From positions 1 to 40,329 of the IMG/VR virus record IMGVR_UViG_3300029183_000010: a stretch of 40,329 nt of DNA, one strand, 5' to 3'. The notes under the pieces are model-generated. The model had not been told where the DNA came from. It made no database searches and saw only the letters and a program-made list of their open reading frames with translations. The position numbers and the translations under genes were made by a program. Of this stretch, positions 28,538 through 36,474 are shown piece after piece. The DNA comes from a virus. Its lineage: Duplodnaviria > Caudoviricetes. Position 1 is the stretch's first letter. Each line of letters starts with the position of its first letter.

Positions 28538-28622
28538 GCAAGAGATAGAGACTGAAATATTAATGTGCCGTATCGAAATAGATCGGATTGTAAGAGGACC
28601 AAAAGAGAGGGTTTATAAATAA
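28530..28622 (+). CDS. 30-aa peptide (not in ORF track)
   Basis: GGAG RBS; overlaps the upstream stop; TAATG coupling to the next gene. Confidence 0.4.
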   Translation: MTEQEIETEILMCRIEIDRIVRGPKERVYK

Positions 28623-28864
28623 TGATAGAAAAACCAAAATATATAGCAGCTTTTGGCATCTCAGAGCCTGAGAAAAAGTTTCCGTTTAACGATGAGTGGA
28701 ATCCTATGGGCATAAGTATTTTTACTCATACACTTAATCAGTGCAGAGTTACTATTGCCTCTTGCTCAATAGAAAAAAAGGCATGGATCTGGTCAGAAAT
28801 TGAGAACAGATGGATTCTATTTGCGGAACGAACAAGTATATGGAAAGACGAAAATGAAAAATAA
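28622..28864 (+). CDS. Hypothetical protein
   Basis: Tiles the operon. Confidence 0.55.
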   Translation: MIEKPKYIAAFGISEPEKKFPFNDEWNPMGISIFTHTLNQCRVTIASCSIEKKAWIWSEIENRWILFAERTSIWKDENEK

Positions 28865-29123
28865 AAACGAATATCAAGACGCTTTAAAGGATTTCAAAGA
28901 AACAATGAGAAGAAATCCTCATTATGGTGGGGCAGGTGGATTTTTACTAGGAACGAGATTGTCTATTGAAAAGGCCTTGATCATTGCTGATAAATTACAG
29001 AGTGGCTATGTAAGCAAAGAAATGGCTGATTGGAGAGGAACAGGAAGCTGTGATCAAAATCAAGTTGATGCTTATAAAGCCATGTCCGCAAAACTAATCA
29101 AAGAGGTAAGAGATGAAAAATAA
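28854..29123 (+). CDS. Hypothetical protein
   Basis: ATGAAAAATAA overlap junction. Confidence 0.6.
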   Translation: MKNKNEYQDALKDFKETMRRNPHYGGAGGFLLGTRLSIEKALIIADKLQSGYVSKEMADWRGTGSCDQNQVDAYKAMSAKLIKEVRDEK

Positions 29124-29526
29124 AGACGACTACGATTTGGTTGAGGAGTTTGTTAATGATGTTTTGGCACACTTAACATTAAAAGAATGGTTGCCAACAA
29201 AAAGTGAATGTAGGCAAGTCTTAACCGCCCTGCAACGGGTGCGGGAAAACGTGTCAACAAAATCGGAAAAAACTAACACGTCACAAGAACATGTTAAAAA
29301 CCCCGAAAATTCTTTACATGTTGAGAAGGAAAAGCCATGCACCACAACCGAGGAAGAACGCAAGGCGGCTTTTATACGTGGTGTGGCATTAACAGTCGCC
29401 AACGCTGTGCGTATGGAAACATGGTCAGCCAAAGTATTGGCGGTAGGGTTTACGATTAAGGACTTTGAAAAAGCTGGATGTGAAGAAAATGATTTAGAAA
29501 CAATCCGCAAGGCACTGGGAGGTTAG
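29113..29526 (+). CDS. Hypothetical protein
   Basis: GAGG RBS; overlap junction. Confidence 0.6.
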   Translation: MKNKDDYDLVEEFVNDVLAHLTLKEWLPTKSECRQVLTALQRVRENVSTKSEKTNTSQEHVKNPENSLHVEKEKPCTTTEEERKAAFIRGVALTVANAVRMETWSAKVLAVGFTIKDFEKAGCEENDLETIRKALGG

Positions 29527-29559
29527 CTTAATAAAAGGTAATAATAAACTTATTATAGG

Positions 29560-29901
29560 TTGATGATGGGAAACTATAAAAAAGCAAAAATGTGTGACAA
29601 AAAGGTTTCTTTTAGAAGCTTTTCAAAAGCTCAAAAGGTTGCTGAAAAATACAATCAGAAAGTTTATGAGTGCCCTATCTGTTTTTGCTTCCACTGCACA
29701 AGTAAAGAAAGCTGGCGTGATGAGTACGTTGATGCAGAAAAGCACAGTAACCTTGTGAGAGATCATGAAAAACTCCTGCAAATGACAAAGGGCTATAGAA
29801 CAAAAATTAAAAGCATGGGAAAGCTTTTGGAGGAAAAAAACCTTATTATCAATGACTTAAAGATTAAAATCAAAAAATTAGAGAAAGGACTGAGACAATG
29901 A
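29560..29901 (+). CDS. Zn-finger protein with C-terminal coiled coil
   Basis: CDKKVSF...YECPICFCFHCTSK motif. Confidence 0.7.
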   Translation: MMMGNYKKAKMCDKKVSFRSFSKAQKVAEKYNQKVYECPICFCFHCTSKESWRDEYVDAEKHSNLVRDHEKLLQMTKGYRTKIKSMGKLLEEKNLIINDLKIKIKKLEKGLRQ

Positions 29902-30152
29902 AAAAGAAGGGTAAGGCATCACAAATTGATAATGCCATAGGCAAAAATATAAGACTACTCAGGAAGAAAAAAAAGATGACACAGACTGACCTTGCTGAGG
30001 CTCTTGGTGTTACGTTCCAGCAAGTGCAGAAGTATGAAAAAGGTATCAACAGGATTGCAGCCAGCACGTTGATTGATCTTGAATACGCTCTTGAAACGAG
30101 TATGGATATTATTTTCAAAGGTGTACCAAGATATACTCAAATTAATCATTGA
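29898..30152 (+). CDS. XRE-family HTH transcriptional regulator (no peptidase domain)
   Basis: IGKNIRLLR...TQTDLAEALGVTFQQVQKYEKGINRI. Confidence 0.92.
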   Translation: MKKKGKASQIDNAIGKNIRLLRKKKKMTQTDLAEALGVTFQQVQKYEKGINRIAASTLIDLEYALETSMDIIFKGVPRYTQINH

Positions 30153-30213
30153 CAGATCATAAATTTTGTTATTGAATAGGGATGTACAAAAAACAATCAA
30201 AAGGCGAATTATA

Positions 30214-31083
30214 ATGAATAAAGAAAACAAAGATACTTCTTACAGTAAAACTTCACTGGTAACTGCTGACCGTGTATCTGCAATCATACCTAGAAATTAT
30301 GATGAAGTCTGGCGTTATGCCACTGGCATTGTACGTTCAAGAATGATGCCAGACTCGTGCCTCATTGAGGATGAAGTGCCAGTCACAAATGAGCATGGCA
30401 AAACAGTTATACAAAAACGCATGAACGGTGAGGCTACAACAGCACGTGTGGCAACGATTATTGCAAAGGGTATGGAAGTGGGCCTTCCACCAGTCACAGC
30501 ACTTCAAACAATCTGCATTATTAACAACAGGCCATGTCTTTGGGGTGATGGTGCGGTGGCCCTTGTTCAAGCATCTGGCATCGTGGAGTACATCAAAAGC
30601 TACTATGAAGGGGATGATGAGACAAAGCCTGAATACACAGCTCACTACATCTTAAAACGCAAAGATCAGCCAGAAGAATACCATAGGACATTTTCAATGG
30701 GTGATGCCAAGCGTGCAAACCTTCTTGGTAAAAGAGGACCATGGGCTTATGGGTATGCAAAACGTATGTTGATGATGCGTGCTCAGGCATGGGCTTTGCG
30801 TGATGGTGCATCTGATATTCTGATGGGTATCGGTATTGCAGAAGAAGTCAGGGACTTTCAGAATGTTGAGGAAAAACGCTCTGTCACAAATACATCCTCT
30901 CTTGATGATGATTTCACACCAGCTCTTGAGGATAAGACAAAAGAATCTGTTTATGTTGGAGTTGATCTTGCAGATCCAGCATCAGATAAAACGGTAAAAG
31001 TAAGTGTTCCCGCACAGGGAAGCTTGCTAAGCAATGCCGAAATTCAAACCAAAAACCAAAAGGATGAGACTAATGAAAAATAA
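30214..31083 (+). CDS. recT: RecT-like single-strand annealing protein
   Basis: KGMEVGLPPVTALQTI.IINNRPCLWGD, DAKRANL, KRML..RA...ALRD motifs; start revised to ATG 30214. Confidence 0.82.
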   Translation: MNKENKDTSYSKTSLVTADRVSAIIPRNYDEVWRYATGIVRSRMMPDSCLIEDEVPVTNEHGKTVIQKRMNGEATTARVATIIAKGMEVGLPPVTALQTICIINNRPCLWGDGAVALVQASGIVEYIKSYYEGDDETKPEYTAHYILKRKDQPEEYHRTFSMGDAKRANLLGKRGPWAYGYAKRMLMMRAQAWALRDGASDILMGIGIAEEVRDFQNVEEKRSVTNTSSLDDDFTPALEDKTKESVYVGVDLADPASDKTVKVSVPAQGSLLSNAEIQTKNQKDETNEK

Positions 31084-31486
31084 AGATCAAGAACATTTTG
31101 AGCTAAAGAAACTAAAAGCTGATATAGGTTTTATTGAGGGTATTGCAGAGCTGATACTTCCAGACGATTATATGGACATCATTGTAAAAAGAATAAAATC
31201 AGATTTTCTGGTGAGTGTCGTTTCATCTATCGTAAATAAAGAATCTTGCAAAATTCATATTTTCCCTTCTTTAAATGACAACAACCTAACGGATGGTGTT
31301 TTTATAGATAATAGAGATGTTGATATTAATGCTTTATCAGAAATGTCAGAGCTTGATATATTTATGGCTTGTCGTGATAACATCATCAATGCTCTCAAGC
31401 AAAAAACAAAAAGCAAGATGAGTCCTCTTGATGTAATGAGATCAATAGTTAAAGATCTTAAACATCAAGAGCCAACAATCAACTGA
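31073..31486 (+). CDS. Hypothetical protein
   Basis: ATGAAAAATAA overlap junction. Confidence 0.6.
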   Translation: MKNKDQEHFELKKLKADIGFIEGIAELILPDDYMDIIVKRIKSDFLVSVVSSIVNKESCKIHIFPSLNDNNLTDGVFIDNRDVDINALSEMSELDIFMACRDNIINALKQKTKSKMSPLDVMRSIVKDLKHQEPTIN

Positions 31487-31523
31487 GTAAAATAAAACCT
31501 ATAATCGAGAAAGGACTGAGACA

Positions 31524-32294
31524 ATGAATCAATCAATGATAGGACACAATAACCCGCCTGTGCCAATCGCACCATCAGAGGAGGATGTTAAGTTTTACCT
31601 TGATGAAGCCACTGAGCGTGTTGTTGAGCGCAAAGCAGAGCTTTTAAGTGATAAGCCTGTGCAGGGCCATGTTTGCCACGATGAGCAGGAAGCAGAGAGG
31701 CTGACTGAATACATCAAGAACGTAAACAACTGTGCAAAAACTTTTGAGGAAATCAGGAAAAAAGAGAAGCAGCCATATTACAATATCGGAAAACTGATTG
31801 ATGGTTTCTTCAAGTCACACTCCAATGATCTGGATCTTGCCAAGGCCCTTGCTCAAAAACCTTTGAATGTCTTTATGCAGAAAAAGGTTGAGGAAGAAAG
31901 AAAGCGCAGAGAGGAAGAGGCTGAGCGTTTACGCATTGAAGCTGAGAAGAAAACACAGGAAGCAATTCAAGCATCAGAAGCTGGTGCGGAACAACTTGCT
32001 GATCAGGCTCTCAAGGAAGCTGAGCAAACTGAGCGCAAGGCTGAAAAATATGAGAAGTCAGCTGCATCAGGAAGAGGGCTAGGCTCAACACGTGGCCTGT
32101 CTGGTGGTGTGGCCTCTGTTCGCAGAAAATGGGTTGGTGAGATTGATGACGTTGATCTTATTGATCTTGAGGCCCTGCGCCATTTCATTGATCGCAGTGC
32201 GCTTGAAAGTGCCATTAATCGGTACGTTGCACAGGGCAACAGATCTCTCAGAGGTGCAAAGATCTACGAAAAAGTTGAAACGGTGGTGAGATAA
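31524..32294 (+). CDS. Coiled-coil phage protein with N-terminal IGHNNPP motif
   Basis: RKKEKQPY...IDGFF, charged coil, C-terminal LRGAKIY; recombination-module neighbour. Confidence 0.75.
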   Translation: MNQSMIGHNNPPVPIAPSEEDVKFYLDEATERVVERKAELLSDKPVQGHVCHDEQEAERLTEYIKNVNNCAKTFEEIRKKEKQPYYNIGKLIDGFFKSHSNDLDLAKALAQKPLNVFMQKKVEEERKRREEEAERLRIEAEKKTQEAIQASEAGAEQLADQALKEAEQTERKAEKYEKSAASGRGLGSTRGLSGGVASVRRKWVGEIDDVDLIDLEALRHFIDRSALESAINRYVAQGNRSLRGAKIYEKVETVVR

Positions 32295-32494
32295 TGAAGG
32301 TATCAAAAGAAACTGCAAAATTTTTTATGGATCAGTGTGTAGGAACGTATAGCGGACACATGGCTGCTATACCAAACAACCCCGTTCTTTATGGGCTTCT
32401 AAAATGTCACGGCATTGATCAACACTCAACTCATCAAATGGCAGAATTTCTCTGTGCTGTTGCTTATGAATTAAAAGAAGAATTACCATTTTAA
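32294..32494 (+). CDS. Hypothetical protein
   Basis: TAATG coupling. Confidence 0.6.
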   Translation: MKVSKETAKFFMDQCVGTYSGHMAAIPNNPVLYGLLKCHGIDQHSTHQMAEFLCAVAYELKEELPF

Positions 32495-32504
32495 GGAAAA
32501 CATT

Positions 32505-33071
32505 ATGTACATATTCTTTGACACAGAAACAACTGGCTTCCCGCGTGGTGGATCTTCTTTTGATCCAGATCAAGCGCGGGTATGCCAGATTGCTGCCATA
32601 CTTGCTGACAAAAACCTTGATATTGTCGATGAGTATAAAACAGTCATAAAGCCTCATAACTGGACAATCTCAAAGGGTGCTTACGATACACACGGCATCT
32701 CACAGGAAGAATGTGAGAGAATTGGTGTGCACTCACATGATGCGCTCAAAAGATTCTTGAAGTTGGCTCTATGCTCAAAATACCTCATAGCGCACCATGC
32801 AAAGTTTGACAGGCAAATGCTCAAGATCGAGTGTGAGGTTCATGGTGAAGTCGTGCCAGAGTTTGACCGTGTTTTCTGTACTATGCTTCTGACAAAGAAT
32901 GCTGTTGGTGCTCATGATAAGAACGGGCGTGTGAAAAACCCTAGTCTTGTTGATGCATACAAACACATCTTCGATGAGGATCTGGCTGATGCACATGATG
33001 CTATGGCTGACACTAAGGGCTGCATGAGAATTTTTAAACACTTAAAGGAAATAGGAAAGATCCATGAATAG
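32505..33071 (+). CDS. DEDDh 3'-5' exonuclease (DnaQ-like)
   Basis: FFDTETTG, AHHAKFD, CTM, AHDAMADT motifs. Confidence 0.92.
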   Translation: MYIFFDTETTGFPRGGSSFDPDQARVCQIAAILADKNLDIVDEYKTVIKPHNWTISKGAYDTHGISQEECERIGVHSHDALKRFLKLALCSKYLIAHHAKFDRQMLKIECEVHGEVVPEFDRVFCTMLLTKNAVGAHDKNGRVKNPSLVDAYKHIFDEDLADAHDAMADTKGCMRIFKHLKEIGKIHE

Positions 33072-33315
33072 AGATATAGACTCTGATTTTTTTGTTTTAT
33101 CTGAAAACGAAAAGTCAAAAGAAACACTCAAGGATTGGCTACAAAGCCGTGATTTCAACGACTATGAGATGGGGAAAAACGACAAGAGAGGCAATCCAAT
33201 GATCAAGCTTCTCAATCGTACAGGCAGAAAGAATTTCACCAAGGCTGGCCTTATATGCTGCCTCGGTGATTCCAAGGATGATGCAATTCAAATTATTGAC
33301 TTTCATCTATCTTAA
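33064..33315 (+). CDS. Hypothetical protein
   Basis: AGGA RBS; tiles the operon. Confidence 0.6.
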   Translation: MNRDIDSDFFVLSENEKSKETLKDWLQSRDFNDYEMGKNDKRGNPMIKLLNRTGRKNFTKAGLICCLGDSKDDAIQIIDFHLS

Positions 33316-33351
33316 TTAAACCAAAACTAGAAAACAGAAAGGACTGAGAAG

Positions 33352-33576
33352 ATGTTTATATCTCTTACAAATGAAGGCGGTGAAGGCGTTGATATTGTTG
33401 CCACGGAAATTGGTGCACTCGTTGAGGTTAAGCGTACAAAGCCAACTATTTTTATAGGGTGCTTTATCGGCATGAAAAACGGTCAAAGCTTTGTCGTCAA
33501 AGAAAAGAGGGATCTTGTCAGGCAGAAGATCACAGAGGCCGTAGGCAGTACAAAGGTTTTCAACGATGGACACTGA
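33352..33576 (+). CDS. FlbD-like small beta-fold protein
   Basis: MFISLT...I.MKNGQSFVVKE...VRQKI resembles the FlbD pattern; AGGACTGAGA upstream. Confidence 0.5.
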   Translation: MFISLTNEGGEGVDIVATEIGALVEVKRTKPTIFIGCFIGMKNGQSFVVKEKRDLVRQKITEAVGSTKVFNDGH

Positions 33577-34045
33577 TCTTTTCGATAGAGAATTTATCAC
33601 GCATCAAAAACGCAAGGTGATGGCTAACGCCAAAACTGGTGGGTGTACATGCCCTGTGTGTGATCAATTCGTCAAAGTTTATAAGCGCAAGATCAATTCG
33701 TTTATGGCTTATCACCTGATTAAAGCTCTCAATACTTTTGAGTTTAAAGAGTTTCATATATCAGATCTCATGGGTAATAACTCAAGCGGTGGTGACTTTT
33801 CAAAGCTGAGATATTGGGGGCTGATCAGTGAGGCTGTTGTGTACGAAAAGAAAGACGTTAAACGCACATCAGGAAAATGGAATCTGACAATCAAAGGGAT
33901 GAAGTTTGCACGTAATGAAATCAGGCTTTACAAGTATGCCTTGATCTATAACTCTGAGCTTTTGGGCTTTGATGAGACTGAAACAGCTTCTATTGTTGAT
34001 GCTCTCAATGATAAATTTAATTATAAAGAGTTGATGCGGCTCTAA
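33566..34045 (+). CDS. Zn-ribbon plus winged-helix-like phage protein
   Basis: CPVCDQ, DFSKLRYWGLI, WNLTIKG motifs. Confidence 0.7.
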   Translation: MDTDLFDREFITHQKRKVMANAKTGGCTCPVCDQFVKVYKRKINSFMAYHLIKALNTFEFKEFHISDLMGNNSSGGDFSKLRYWGLISEAVVYEKKDVKRTSGKWNLTIKGMKFARNEIRLYKYALIYNSELLGFDETETASIVDALNDKFNYKELMRL

Positions 34046-34103
34046 GATCTGCTATATTAAAAGTTAGCGGAAAATTCCTTTTGGTTTTTGTACATCCCGC
34101 TTC

Positions 34104-34143
34104 AAAGGCTCTGACTGTCCTGATAGTCAGAGCCTTTTCTTTG
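34104..34143 (+). terminator. Rho-independent terminator of the rightward operon
   Basis: AAAGGCTCTGACT/AGTCAGAGCCTTT 13-bp stem followed by a T-rich tail. Confidence 0.75.
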
Positions 34144-34193
34144 TGGTATGATTTAAAAAAACGTGAGACAACAACCAGTGAAAGGACTGAGCC

Positions 34194-34373
34194 ATGTTTG
34201 TACAATTTTTAATTTTTTCATCTATGATTGCTGTTGCTGGCCCTGCTTATAATGAAGGCGGTATTCAAGCCATTCAGGACAAAGGCTTTAAGGAAGCTGT
34301 CAGTGAGGCATGGGATCAAAGGGAAGGCGCACCGCTGACACAAGATCTTTACAATGAGATTGTAAACGGATAA
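34194..34373 (+). CDS. 59-aa secreted or membrane-anchored protein in its own transcription unit (not in ORF track)
   Basis: MFVQFLIFSSMIAVAGPAYNEGG...; AAAGGACTGAG RBS; TGGTATGAT extended -10 at 34144-34152. Confidence 0.7.
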   Translation: MFVQFLIFSSMIAVAGPAYNEGGIQAIQDKGFKEAVSEAWDQREGAPLTQDLYNEIVNG

Positions 34374-34405
34374 TATATTTAATAGTTAGTTTTAAATATG
34401 CTTCT

Positions 34406-34445
34406 AAAAGCCCCTATTCGTTCCACGAGTGGGGGATTTTTTTAA
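34406..34445. terminator. Bidirectional terminator between convergent units
   Basis: AAAAG-CCCCTATTCGT/ACGAGTGGGGG-ATTTTTTT. Confidence 0.65.
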
Positions 34446-34663
34446 TACATGCATTTCTTTTCAGGACATAAAGATCCGTACGCAGCATTGTGCTCTCGGA
34501 TCTGCTTCACGGTTTCGGGTGTGTCTTTAGATCCTGAGTATTGGATCTCACAGAAGGCATCACAAGAAACGTCATTAATCTCTGTTGTTTTTGTCGTCAC
34601 GCACGCTGTCAGCATCGTGCTCAACATTGCGCCTAGCAGCATCAGCTTTACGTATTTTTCCAA
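34442..34663 (-). CDS. o-spanin (Rz1-like lipoprotein)
   Basis: Lipobox MLTAC; DTPETVKQIREHNAAY..LC; overlaps the i-spanin. Confidence 0.8.
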   Translation of the reverse strand: MEKYVKLMLLGAMLSTMLTACVTTKTTEINDVSCDAFCEIQYSGSKDTPETVKQIREHNAAYGSLCPEKKCMY

Positions 34664-34787
34664 GGCTATCCTCTAAGTTCTTTTTGATGGATAAAGCCGC
34701 ACCCGCATCAAGCAGCTGCTTCCTCTCAAGGTATGAGGTTATGCTGTCTGCAATCGCAAGTACGGCTTTTAAAATACTAATCCACAT
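34575..34787 (-). CDS. i-spanin (Rz-like)
   Basis: N-terminal hydrophobic helix and coiled coil; overlaps the lipoprotein gene. Confidence 0.7.
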   Translation of the reverse strand: MWISILKAVLAIADSITSYLERKQLLDAGAALSIKKNLEDSLGKIRKADAARRNVEHDADSVRDDKNNRD

Positions 34788-35004
34788 CAGCGGGTGTAAT
34801 ATCCAAGTAATATTTCTTACCTACTTCAAAAAAGCCAAATACATTTTCATTCGTAATGGAAAGCTCAAGAAGGCCAGAAGGTGTGTATTTTGAAAACGTA
34901 TTGTCCTCTTCACTTCCATCAGTGACAGGGCTTAGTCTTACTTCCTCAAGTCCTCCATCTCTTTGGGTGCTTTGACAAACGAATTTTGCTTTTACAGCGT
35001 TCAT
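34777..35004 (-). CDS. Conserved small phage protein in the lysis region
   Basis: VKAKF.C...EDNTFSKYTPSG.LEL.ITN...GKKYYLD; AGGAG RBS. Confidence 0.75.
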   Translation of the reverse strand: MNAVKAKFVCQSTQRDGGLEEVRLSPVTDGSEEDNTFSKYTPSGLLELSITNENVFGFFEVGKKYYLDITPADVD

Positions 35005-35013
35005 AGTTTTCTC

Positions 35014-35232
35014 CTATAAAGTTCCACCGTCCACAACATTAGGGATGGTGATGGTTTCATCTTCATCTTTGGTGATCTCACCTTTTTCAATGAGGTCAAC
35101 ACAGATTGCCTTCTGTTGCTCTTTGTCAACAGCAATGCTCAGAGCACCGCCAACATCAGTGACAGCCCCTGTAAAGTAAGATGCAGCTGCAAGCAGCAAT
35201 GCGATCACATAGGTAATTATACGTTCTTGCAT
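35014..35232 (-). CDS. Small membrane protein in the lysis cassette
   Basis: N-terminal TM helix; GAAAGGAGACTGAGAC RBS. Confidence 0.65.
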   Translation of the reverse strand: MQERIITYVIALLLAAASYFTGAVTDVGGALSIAVDKEQQKAICVDLIEKGEITKDEDETITIPNVVDGGTL

Positions 35233-35250
35233 GTCTCAGTCTCCTTTCGA

Positions 35251-35799
35251 TCAAATGACACGGTTTAAAAACCAACCGTAAATAAATTTTTCATCTTTTT
35301 CACGGCGTTCACATAAGTTTATATAAAATTCACCTTGAAGGCAATTAAGCATACGAAACAAAACAACTTGCCCGTTCTTTTGCCCTCTGCGCTTCATATG
35401 TGCCCTCAATGCATGGATGGTGCGTGGCCCTACATCTCGGTCAATCTTGAGATCTGGATAGTATTCACCACGATTGTTGAGCACGTTTAATGATCTTTGT
35501 AAAAACTCTGCTGCACGCTGCGATCCCATATTCACTGATGTATCAGCCAGCTCTTCTGCAATACGTGGTGAGATCTCTTCAATCACATCCAGATTAAGAG
35601 CGTTCCAGTATTTATTGACGTATATGGTAAAAGCCAGATCACGTGATAGATTCTTCATATTGCCTGTATAGCCGTATGCTTTTGCTGTGCGCTTGGTGAT
35701 GCCGTATTTTGTCTCACCGCCGCTGTCACTTGGATCATTTACGTACCCGCCTTCAATATCAATAATGCTGTTGATGATCCTGTCTCTGATCTGGCTCAT
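35251..35799 (-). CDS. Endolysin, glycoside hydrolase family 108 with peptidoglycan-binding domain
   Basis: EGGYVNDPSDSGGETKYGIT, YW, VNMG, FIYGW..NRV motifs; start revised to ATG 35799. Confidence 0.93.
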   Translation of the reverse strand: MSQIRDRIINSIIDIEGGYVNDPSDSGGETKYGITKRTAKAYGYTGNMKNLSRDLAFTIYVNKYWNALNLDVIEEISPRIAEELADTSVNMGSQRAAEFLQRSLNVLNNRGEYYPDLKIDRDVGPRTIHALRAHMKRRGQKNGQVVLFRMLNCLQGEFYINLCERREKDEKFIYGWFLNRVI

Positions 35800-35800
35800 A

Positions 35801-36010
35801 TCATCCACCGATTAGAAATGTTTTGACTATTTCAAGAAGTCCTGCACCAGCAGCACCACCACCGCCTGCAAGAAGAAAGTTAATCCACCTCTGATTGATA
35901 AGAGTTTCACGAATTGTTTTCAGCTCAATATTGATTTCATAAAGGCATTTATCGTGCCTTTTGAATGTGTCCATAATAAGCATTCTGTGTTGGTCAAAAT
36001 CATCACTCAT
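35801..36010 (-). CDS. Holin-like small protein (N-terminal coil, C-terminal TM)
   Basis: Immediately upstream of the endolysin; hydrophobic Gly-rich C-terminus. Confidence 0.55.
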   Translation of the reverse strand: MSDDFDQHRMLIMDTFKRHDKCLYEINIELKTIRETLINQRWINFLLAGGGGAAGAGLLEIVKTFLIGG

Positions 36011-36474
36011 GGAAAAACACCCGTTACAATTCCCGCAATTCCTATAATTTTCGGTCCATCATAAATAGGGAATTTAACGATGTGTAAGTGATCATATTCT
36101 CTGAAACCCGCCCTGTTAGGCACACGCTCAACATTGTACTCTATCTTTTCCCCATTTAAGACAGCGTTATCAAGTCTTTGAAATTCATGGGCTATCTTAT
36201 CACCCCAAATTTCCTTATCAGTATGACCTATATAATCAGATCTTTCCACGTCATATATCTTGCAATATGCGCTATTAATAAACCGCATGACAAGGTTGGT
36301 GTCCTTGATCCACATAGGGATAGGGCAGGACTCAACAAGGTTTCTCATCAGCTTGTCTGCTGATTGGATCATGCGTGACTTCTGATCAAGCCTTTCGTTG
36401 ACTGCCCCTAAACGCGATAGCTCAGGGCTTTCTTGGTAATCTTTTTTGAAGTCCTGTGTTTGTGCAAAGAACAT
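36007..36474 (-). CDS. Stand-alone PAS-domain protein
   Basis: LVESCPIPMWIKD...FINSAY......DYIGHTDKEIW...EF...DNAVL...IVKFPI.D...IIGIAGI matches the PAS_4 pattern. Confidence 0.88.
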   Translation of the reverse strand: MFFAQTQDFKKDYQESPELSRLGAVNERLDQKSRMIQSADKLMRNLVESCPIPMWIKDTNLVMRFINSAYCKIYDVERSDYIGHTDKEIWGDKIAHEFQRLDNAVLNGEKIEYNVERVPNRAGFREYDHLHIVKFPIYDGPKIIGIAGIVTGVFP

